A model generated the notes under the pieces. That model had not been told where the DNA came from, did not search any database, and saw only the letters and a list, made by a program, of their open reading frames with translations. DNA of 63,102 bases, counting the filler, from Cercozoa sp. M6MM (lineage: Eukaryota; Protista; Endomyxa: Ascetosporea), in the NCBI GenBank assembly GCA_040357565.1. It is 11 parts of 11 records of this genome, joined end to end, with 100 filler letters (N's around TTAATTAATTAA, not from the genome) between each part and the next. Parts side by side here need not be neighbours in the genome. Positions count along the whole stretch, not along the records: positions 46,731 to 52,025 come from JBDODJ010000928.1; positions 52,126 to 55,555 come from JBDODJ010001463.1; positions 55,656 to 61,971 come from JBDODJ010000755.1; positions 62,072 to 63,102 come from JBDODJ010002217.1; 7 more parts are not named here. One strand, 5' to 3'. Below are positions 50,540 to 63,102 of the stretch, piece after piece. Numbering within the stretch: the first letter of the stretch is position 1; each line of letters starts with the position of its first letter. A program made the position numbers and the translations under genes.

Positions 50540-51283
50540 GAATAGACTCCTAAATGCAATACTGTCACGGCAGAGGGTCTGCCCGGCCTGTGGCGTGGTC
50601 TGGAGGCCCAGTGCTTCCGCAATGGCTCGTGGAATGGCCTCTACTTTGGCATCATTGGCACTGTGCGGTACGTGTCCGACCGCACTTTAGCTTGTCCCCT
50701 TACCTATCTGCGAATGCAACAGATCGATGCTGCACGGTGATGAGAGTCTCGCCAAGAAGTTCGCAAGCGGCGTGGTCGGCGGCATCGCGGCCACTAGTGT
50801 CGCCACGCCTTTCGACGTCGTCAAGTCGCGCGTGGTGCCTCCTCTCTCTGTCTATTTACTTGTGTCTCTGTATATTTTTATGTGTATATCTATATTACAT
50901 GTCTATATTACATGTGTATGGTTTTATATGCACCAATGCACTCGCAGCAAAACCTCGTGCCCGCCGAGGCGACGCAGGCGCAGCTCCGCGAACTGCGCGG
51001 CACGTCGCTTCATGTGCTGGCACGTATCGCTCGCACCGAGGGCTGGGGCGCACTCTACAAGGGCTACGGTGCTCGTGTACTTCGTCTCGGTCCAGGTAGA
51101 ACCCAGCCAGGTCTCTCACTTGATGCAAGATTAATGTTGCTTGCATGTTTAGGCGGCGGCATCATGCTCCTTGGTTTTGATATGGTACATACACCTCTGC
51201 TTCTGTCTGGCCGTGTGACCGCCGTACTATTCCCGTTCTTGCAGATCAACAAGTGGATCGACGCCGCTCGTGCTCGAAACTAA
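49615..51283 (+). CDS. SLC25A21: Mitochondrial carrier, 2-oxodicarboxylate carrier-like
   Basis: Three PxDxxK-type motifs (YPTDVVKTQLQ, CPFEVVKVRMQ, TPFDVVKSRVQ), EGPKRAVKF, RNGSWNGLYF, RLGPGGGIML; 11 introns in frame. Confidence 0.9.
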
Positions 51284-51567
51284 CGTAAGAGAGGTCCCGG
51301 TGCGACCATCAGGCTGCATTTTCGTTTGTGTTTGCTTCGCTTTAGTTGTTACGGACGTGGGAATCTTACTAATCCCTATATGCATTGAGCCGGATTCCCC
51401 CCAGATTTGGTGGGGTGTTTTCTTTAAAAACATCGCAAGGGGTAAAGTATCTACCTAAACATGTCAGAAACTCAAGGGAATGCGGGGAATTCTGATGCGT
51501 CGACGTCGACCGGACTGTGGCTGGAGCTCAGCTTTGCCCAGCTTGTACTGTAGCGAGGTCCCGCACT

Positions 51568-52020
51568 TCACAGCTGCGCGGCTGACGGCTTAGAGATCGG
51601 CACGCTCATGCCTTCGACGGTCATTCGGTGCGCGAGTTTGGCCTTCCAGGTACCGCTGTTGGCCTGTGTGACGACAGAGAAGATGTCGCACGACATCACT
51701 GATAGGCGACGGCCGCGTTTCACAACAGACGCCACGGCCACGAGTCTACACAAAACGGAGATATAGGTGCTAGGGGGGGGGGGCCCCCAGACTTGAGAGT
51801 GTACCTCTCCTTTCCAGGCCGGAGTACATGTCCCGTGCTCGACGTCGACACGAGAGTGATGGTCTATGCACACGATTCTGTGCAGTCTCTTGGACATGAA
51901 CAGTGTCCTCCAAGTACCTGTGAGGAGACTAGGTAATTGCCGAGTGCGCCGCAGCATGCATCACCCAGAGAGAGCATTGTGCCCAAATGTGAGTTTCCCC
52001 TACGCAGAGAGGTGCATCCA
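51568..52020 (-). CDS. Probable PaaI/hotdog thioesterase C-terminus, 5' truncated
   Basis: LVAVASVVKRGRRLSVMSCDIFS. Confidence 0.5.
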
Positions 52021-52134
52021 GACCANNNNNNNNNNNNNNNNNNNNNNNNNNNNNNNNNNNNNNNNNNNNTTAATTAATTAANNNNNNNNNNNNNNNNNNN
52101 NNNNNNNNNNNNNNNNNNNNNNNNNCCCCCCCCC

Positions 52135-52450
52135 CCTCGTCGAACGACCAGATGAGCCGTTTCAACTGAATCACTCCAACCATAGAGTTGTATTGACAAA
52201 AAACACGGTACGGTAGTGCATCTCCTGCAGGACAAGGGTGAAGGTGTGTTTTCGATTGCCGAACAGTTTTCGTACCTGGTCGACTATCTCCTATTTCAAA
52301 GAGTTCAGCGTTGTGCTCATACAAATTTAAATGCTTTTTAAGGCTTATAATTACAGGAAATGCGACACAGACCTTGGCAGGGTACAAATTTTGTGCAATC
52401 AAATGAAACGTCCTTCGGAAATTGAGCACGTTTTGTTTGAGTATTGCCAC
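52135..52450 (-). CDS. 5' part of a hypothetical gene
   Basis: Short GT-AG bounded exons diverging from the gene at 52589; start uncertain. Confidence 0.3.
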
Positions 52451-52588
52451 TTTAGGTAGGTTTGTGCCTGTGCTTTGGTACTAGTACAGCTCGCACACTC
52501 GTGATACAGCGTTTCTCGGTTTCCGGAAGGGTTTGATTGATGTTCACAGGGATAAGCACTTTGTTTTGGTAGGTAAACTAAAATCAAA

Positions 52589-53283
52589 ATGTCGGACATC
52601 GAGAGTGCCGCTGTCGTTGGTGGCAAACCGCAGGCTACGGGTATCACGGCTAAAGTGCTCGCCATCGTGGAGCTCGTTTTGAATGTTTTTATCATTGTGT
52701 GGTAAAATCACAGTCGAACAACCCCCCCCCCCCCGTTTCTCAGCTGTATGTTTATGCACATGTAGTGGCGTGGTCTACATGGTTAATGCGCACAACTTCA
52801 CGAGGTACCCTTTTTGTTGTTTGGAATTTGGTTCTGTTGTTAATGTTTGGCCTCCTGTAGCTGGGTCGTGTCGGTCTTTATCATTGTTTTCGGTCTGCTC
52901 GGACTGTTCAATATCATCGGCATGTGGGTCACCTCGCTGCAACAATACTGGCTCTTCTACATGACGTACACTTCCCTCTCTGTCGTTTGACTCTGTGCTG
53001 CTTTTGCTCGTGACAACCTGTCTGAACGTCGTTTGGTGTTCAGCTGGCTTGGACGAGGCATTTGGCTTGTCTTCATTGGATGCCTCGTGTACGGCGGCGC
53101 CAAGACCTTCCTGGAACTGTCGGGCATCCTCGTGCTTATCTACGCCGGCATGTGCATTGTTGCTCAGGTGCCTTTCGCTGCTTTGGCCTTTTCTTTTGGT
53201 TCGGTTCTGCCTTCTTACTTTTTGCGTCGCAGTTTGTGGCGCCGTTCGCTCCGCCAGCCGGTCTCGTGCAGTCGCTCAAGTAG
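52589..53283 (+). CDS. COPI-associated / Tvp15-like multi-pass Golgi membrane protein
   Basis: Hydrophobic helices and YWLFYMTWLGRGIWLVFIG motif; 4 introns. Confidence 0.75.
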
Positions 53284-54078
53284 AGTGATTCGGCCGCGCC
53301 GAGTGTGCCAATTTGCTGTGAATGAATCGAATGAATTGCGTTGACGGACGTGAATGATTCAAATATTATCTGGATAATAACATACGGGAACTACTCTTCT
53401 GTTCCGTCCAACGTACCCTCGGCCACGCTACGTATCGTATACGTAACGGTCGCGGGGTAGGTACGGTAGCTAGCGTGGTAGGTACCCCATCATCGACACG
53501 GCCGGCAATAGCCAATGATGTACGGTCAGTAGTAGAGGAGTTAGCTCGTTATCTATTTCCGGCTGTCATTCACCTCGTCGTCGGGCGTACAAATACGACG
53601 TGCCGTTAAGTCACTGGCAGCTGGTCGGGTGTGCAGTAGGCACCGCACGGGCGAGTCGGCGGCGCGAGTCTGCCGTCAGCTCGGCGCAGCAAATCCAAAC
53701 TTGATGTCGAAGTCAACCTCTGGAAGAGCTATAGCGTAGGGGCGGTGAGAGGCGGCGAGCGACTGCTACATCAACCCGGGTGTCCTGTGCAAATTTAATA
53801 TTCCGTCGGTCTTCGCGAAGCTAGTCGTGAGGAGTTCTCTGCATACACCGTATGCAGTGGGGGGGGGGTGAATTCACGCAACGTTACTTGCATGTACGTG
53901 TACGCAATGAGATAAAACGTAAACTAAGGTTACGCTGACTTTTACATCAGGCATTAAACTTACATAGAGTCGAGTCGCGTACAAAGCTGAAAAGTTCTTT
54001 TCAGACGAGGCAGTATCGTCGTAGACTCGGCTAGTATGCGAAATCGCCCGAAACGAACGGAGGTGAATCGAACAAAAT

Positions 54079-55108
<1,030 letters not shown>

Positions 55109-56164
55109 CCTATCAAATATTTGAAGTTTAAATCTAAGATTTAAACTTATTAAGAGAATGTAAATTTAAAATCGCAGGACTCGTGTTCTCTGAAAGATAT
55201 TATACGTGGACCGTTTCGTGGCGTCATACAAAAAGACTTGCGATATCGAGTCGGAAGAACCACTGGGCAGTCCACACAGCATTAAAGCAGAAACTGGACG
55301 CGAATACATGAAGTCACTGTAAATTTACCTTTCATTTTCGAAGTCAGCGATGAGGTTTAGTGGCGCTGCCCTGTGAACCAACAAACAAATCAAGGTAAGT
55401 AGCACCATAGAGAAGATCTTGAAGACAAAGAGTTTGCGCACTCAAATAAATAGCGTCCTGACTCGTGCACGAGACCCCACTCAATCCAAATGCGCGCGAT
55501 CATTAGCCTACGAACACGCAGGTGCAAAAACGAGGTTTGCTCCAACTTGCGCGCTNNNNNNNNNNNNNNNNNNNNNNNNNNNNNNNNNNNNNNNNNNNNT
55601 TAATTAATTAANNNNNNNNNNNNNNNNNNNNNNNNNNNNNNNNNNNNNNNNNNNNCCCCCCCCGGCACTGCTGGCACTCAGATGAGGCCCGAGATCGGGA
55701 GGCATCTGCAAAAATCATGTCCAAAACGCCTAGCATCAAACCCGATCTTAAGCGGTGCAGTAGTGTGTGGCAGCAACAATATGTGTCGAAAAAGAACATT
55801 TTTCTATTAGTGCCAAAAGTCTCTGGAGGCGATTCAGAAGCAGAAAATCACGTCGGTCTTTGTTTTTTTTGCGTTTGTTTTCACTGAGGGGCGGCACATC
55901 ATAATGTAGGAAAAATGCTCGACATCCCTATGCTAGTCCACAAAACCGGCATATCACGTACTGTTATGTGTTTTGGAAGCAGTAGCCAAGCGGGGGTAAG
56001 CGCTAATAAACCACAGGTCAAGAACATCGACAATTTATGCGAATAAAAGTTCCCGCGCTTTGGGCCGCCATTGACCACAGTCCCAAGCAGAAAGAGGCCA
56101 AGAAACTCGCCGCGTAGCGGTTATTTAACGCTGCTTGGCACTTGTTTAGTAGCTGGCGTGCAAG

Positions 56165-57234
56165 ATGAGTGATCTGGGTTGTATGGGTTCATGAACCTGT
56201 GTACAAGCGTCGACCGTATGTGTTTCAGCATGTGGAGATGCAAAACAAGTTTCTCGTTGCCTGCTTTTTGCGAGAAGAGGACAGCCTGCTTGTCAAGCCG
56301 GTGACTTGCGACATCTGGATGACTATTTTACTGGTGGTGGTTACACTGCCTTTGCCGTGTAGCGCGAGCCAGTTATCTTCGCCGTCCTGTTCGTACAAAC
56401 CTCCGGTCCGTCTGTACTTACCTGTAGCCACACGCACGCGCCTGCGATGCAGACCGCGTGCGATGTGTCGACCGCAGGGCTAGTAGGCCATGTCTACGAA
56501 AATCTACGCGCCGACCGAGCCGCGTGCAGCCGCGGACGTGCTAAAGAAGTTGCTCTGCGCCTCGAAGCCAGCGGACGCGAATCGAGCTCGAATTGTGGTG
56601 GTAATTTCCGAGTATTCTATTCTTGCTGCATTCGGCGTCCTGATTGTGGTGCTTGTTTCGTAGACCCACATTATTGCATCGGCAAGACTGCCGTTTATGG
56701 AGCGAATCATCGCCAAGCTGATGAACCAGCCGCTGCCAGAAGACACCGCCGACGCTGTCCGCGCGGTCTACGACGCGCGGGCAGAGAATCTCCTGCGCGT
56801 CTACTTGCAGCAGCATCCGGGTGAAGCGCGTGGTGCTGCTCTTGTGACCCGCGGGCAGGTGCGGCACAAGGATCTTCTCAACAGACTGGTACAGTGCTGT
56901 CATCCGATCTTCGCCTGTCCCATCTTGTGATGCTGTGCTGCCGTACTCATCTCTCCATTACAGGCATTCCCGAAGAACGCCAGCCACTCCATCGTGAATG
57001 GAATCACGAAGTCTGCCAACTGGGGCAACAAGGACCGCCGCACTCGCCGACAGGCATGGTACAATACCTGTGGCTGATACTGTGTAGCTGCATGAGGGCA
57101 AAGTTGTTGCAAATCAATGTCACCTATTTCGTTTGTTTTCAGTGGCAAGGTTGGTGAAAGTGACAAAAACCTATTGAATCCCAAAGAAAAAGGTAGGCTT
57201 GGCTTACAACTCCTCGGTAACTTTTGGGAGAACA

Positions 57235-57240
<6 letters not shown>
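56165..57240 (+). CDS. Multi-exon hypothetical protein
   Basis: Exons RLEASG/LASADANRARIVV, THIIASARLPFMERIIAKLM..., AFPKNASHSIVNG...; ends uncertain. Confidence 0.45.
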
Positions 57241-57277
<37 letters not shown>

Positions 57278-57377
57278 NNNNNNNNNNNNNNNNNNNNNNN
57301 NNNNNNNNNNNNNNNNNNNNNNNNNNNNNNNNNNNNNNNNNNNNNNNNNNNNNNNNNNNNNNNNNNNNNNNNNNNNN

Positions 57378-57429
<52 letters not shown>

Positions 57430-57874
57430 ACAGGCGGTGTCGTTTGGCCTCGCTTGTGCGCACTCGCGTTCTTGAGGTTGGTGCATATACGCTTTGTATG
57501 TGGTATTAAGAGGTTACGGGTTTGAGTAGCCCTCAAGCCAACGAGATAAAGTAGGTCGCTTTGAGTTCACTTCCAAGCCAGTCAGCTGGCTATCAATATG
57601 AAAGATGCGACTCCGAAGTTCGAACGAGTATCAGAGTAAAGTTACCGGACAGACAGTACAGTAGTTTTGCTCTGGCAAATCGTTAGTCGGCTGATTTGAG
57701 CAAGCGCATCGAGCGAAGTTTGACAGCATCGAAGCGAAGATTGACACGGGCTTTTCAGAGTTGAAACTCTTGTTTTCACAGAGAAACGAATGAGAGCAGC
57801 GCGAGTTGCGACTAAAAGCCGAGCGACGCATCGAAACGCTCGAAGCAAAGCTCGCAAAACAAAACGAGAATCGA

Positions 57875-57947
57875 TAGTTAGTTAAGTCTTCTAGGAAACC
57901 AACTATGTAGTTCCCCTGCACCCGTCTGGGGTGACGCAAGAGCATGG
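57875..57947 (-). mobile_element. Family A LINE, 5'-truncated, with 12-bp TSD
   Basis: AACGAGAATCGA (57863-57874) and AACGAGAACCGA (57948-57959), one mismatch. Confidence 0.88.
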
Positions 57948-58029
57948 AACGAGAACCGACATCTGTCGGTAGACCTGACTGACCGGATAGAGGATAGTCA
58001 CAGTATTGTTTCGTAAAAAAATACTTCAA

Positions 58030-61090
<3,061 letters not shown>

Positions 61091-61229
61091 CCGAGTCGAG
61101 TTAAAGCTCGTTTGGGGCCGGCTGGGTTTAGCATCATGTACTCTCAGTGTGATCACTCCCGATCAGTAAATTTAGAAATAATGACTCGGCCCCGCTGACT
61201 CTTGCCGGAAAGCATGAGTGGGGCATTAG

Positions 61230-61905
61230 TTAGAAGCCGAGCGTATCATCATCGCCACTGGTGCCGGTAAACTGCTCGTTGTCGGCCGAATCTGTGCAAG
61301 CGAGTGAGTCAAAAAGATGAAACAAAAGATCATGTTGATGACGGTAGTACACTCATCAGGAACGACAGCAGCATGTGCGACGGTGCAGTTGGTCAGCGAG
61401 GCATGTGCACCCACTTGTGCTCTGACGCCGAGCACGGTGTCGCAGAGACGCGTGTGCTCACCGATCACGGCTGATGAGAGAGGTGAGGCTCAGCTGGGGG
61501 ATGCAAGGGGATGCGGGTAGTACCGTAGTCCATGATGACGCAGTTCTCGAGCGAGGCACCGGCGCCGAGTTTCACGTGCCGGCCGACGACGCAGTTGTGC
61601 AGCGACACGGCCGAGTCAGAGTCGCGTTGTCCCAGGTCCTCGAGCACCGAGGCATCCACACAACAGCGCTTGAGCTGCTTGCCGCGTTTGTACCTGTAAC
61701 AGGTACAAATAGCCAGTGGTACAAACAGTGGTACAAACAGTGGTACAAATAGCCAGTGGTACAGACAGTGGTACAAATAGCCAGTGGTACAAACACTGGG
61801 ACAAATAGCCAGCGGTACAGGTACTGAGATGTCTCGCCACGTGTCAGCATCGAGAGACCGCACGACGCGTCGAACTCGTCGGCCGCCGCGAACTTCGTGT
61901 TGCTC
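61230..61905 (-). CDS. EIF2B3: eIF2B gamma-like C-terminal left-handed beta-helix, 5' truncated
   Basis: SLHNCVVGRHVKLGAGASLENCVIMDYAVIGEHTRLCDTVLGVRAQVGAHASLTNCTV at the extreme C-terminus. Confidence 0.7.
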
Positions 61906-62071
61906 TGGGGGGGGGGGCAAACAAAAAGGTAAATAGAAGTAAGAGAAATATAGGGGGAAAAAGGGGGGGTANNNNNNNNNNNNNNNNNNNNNNNNNNNNN
62001 NNNNNNNNNNNNNNNTTAATTAATTAANNNNNNNNNNNNNNNNNNNNNNNNNNNNNNNNNNNNNNNNNNNN

Positions 62072-62114
<43 letters not shown>

Positions 62115-62138
62115 CGACTCGAGATGCCCCTAATCTAG

Positions 62139-62633
62139 CACTTGCCTCTTGTGATGGTCGGTGCCGCCAATTCCGCCTGCTGGACTGTCTACGGTATGCC
62201 TAAATTTCTACTTAGCAGTACCACCTTTTAAAACACTCTCATATGCCAGGTCTGGCCGACTCCAATGCTTTTATTTGGGCACCAAACGCGGCCTCGTTTC
62301 TCGTGGTCTTTGCTCAGGTAGGCCCATTGGTCAGGCGCAACTTAGGGGCGTGAAAACAACCTGAGTGAAGTAATGCGCGCTTGTCTGCTGCAGCTGTTCC
62401 TCAAACTGCGCTACCGCAAGTGCGAGTCGGCGACGCTGGAGACACCGACCGGCAGCGAGGTCGGACTCACCGAGGTCGATGAGAATGCTGAAGTCGGCGT
62501 CAATGCCTGTGGTACAGACTTGTCTTGCTTGGCCTTGTTCTCAACACTCTCGACACTGCCTACTACTACAGAAGTGCCGGTCGTCAAAACGCCAGTGCTC
62601 ATCAATGTCGATGACGTCGCGCCTGTGCGGTGA
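62139..62633 (+). CDS. SWEET (MtN3/saliva) sugar transporter C-terminal half, 5' truncated
   Basis: Spliced HLPLVMVGAANSACWTVYGLADSNAFIWAPNAASFLVVFAQLFLKLRY. Confidence 0.85.
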
Positions 62634-62729
62634 AGGGCAGGATCAGAAGACGAGACATACCCCCCTTTTGTAGAAAAGATAGTCAGCTTGGAGGGTTTTT
62701 TTGGAGTCAATTTAAATTAGCCCAAGCAC

Positions 62730-62960
62730 CGCAGAGTCAAAGTGCGTGAGCTGTAGAAAGCTTGACCCGAGCTCAGAAGTCAGGTTTGCATAGCACTTTC
62801 CGTTGACTCGACTGTGCAGATCAGAACGGATATTTTTGCAATGTCTTAACTGCTGAAATAAGAGATAACCAGACTCGACTGGGTCAGATTTGACCGTCCG
62901 CGCTGACGAGCAGTCAGATGACAGACTTGATTGGCTGGCATAAACGCTAAGCCGTAACAC
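62730..62960 (+). mobile_element. Dispersed repeat family B, copy 3
   Basis: gtcaaagtgcgtgagctgtagaaagcttgaccc...gctgacgagcagtcagatgaca...aaacgctaagccgtaac. Confidence 0.8.
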
Positions 62961-62991
62961 TAAACTAGGCAACGGGAAGGAGGGGTTCGTT

Positions 62992-63066
62992 TAGTCAACG
63001 CCGAGGTCGTAGCACAACGCGTGTCGCAGCAACTGTATCTCGCAGTTGCGCACGTACCTCCTGCCT
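62992..63066 (-). CDS. Last exon of a gene extending beyond the window
   Basis: RYVRNCEIQLLRHALCYDLGVD* after a C-rich intron ending in AG. Confidence 0.4.
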
Positions 63067-63102
63067 CTGAGGGAGGGTGAAGGGGTAAGGGCAAAGGGAC
63101 TG

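Overview
Fragmented draft assembly of a compact, intron-dense microbial eukaryote; the lineage cannot be determined from the sequence. Eleven contig pieces are joined by artificial 100-bp N44-TTAATTAATTAA-N44 linkers, so adjacency across linkers means nothing. The ORF track is largely uninformative because genes are split by many short GT-AG introns. I spliced gene models by eye and recognised PLC-delta (about 26 introns), NOT3, importin-9, a tRNase Z, uridine phosphorylase, Mss4/RABIF, a mitochondrial oxodicarboxylate carrier, a VAMP7-like SNARE, an ATG22-like MFS transporter, a dynamin/Mx GED, a SWEET, an eIF2B-gamma-like C-terminus, and CBS, HMG-box, COPI-associated, SMIM13-like and ankyrin proteins, plus several orphans. 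There are two dispersed mobile families. Family A is an RTE-like LINE with an (AACT)n tail and clear target-site duplications. Family B is a ~300-bp repeat with a degenerate hammerhead-like core. The most unusual signals concern introns. Donors almost never carry +4A. In a subset of genes, and only beyond ~0.7-1.2 kb from the ATG, introns are filled with strand-biased, irregular telomere-like CnTA/CnTTA/CnTTTA repeats or with tandem branch-point-like motifs. Also notable are a CBM4/9-like module inserted in an ATG22 luminal loop and an apparent 10/16-nt intron in UPP. All protein identities come from remembered motifs, not database searches.
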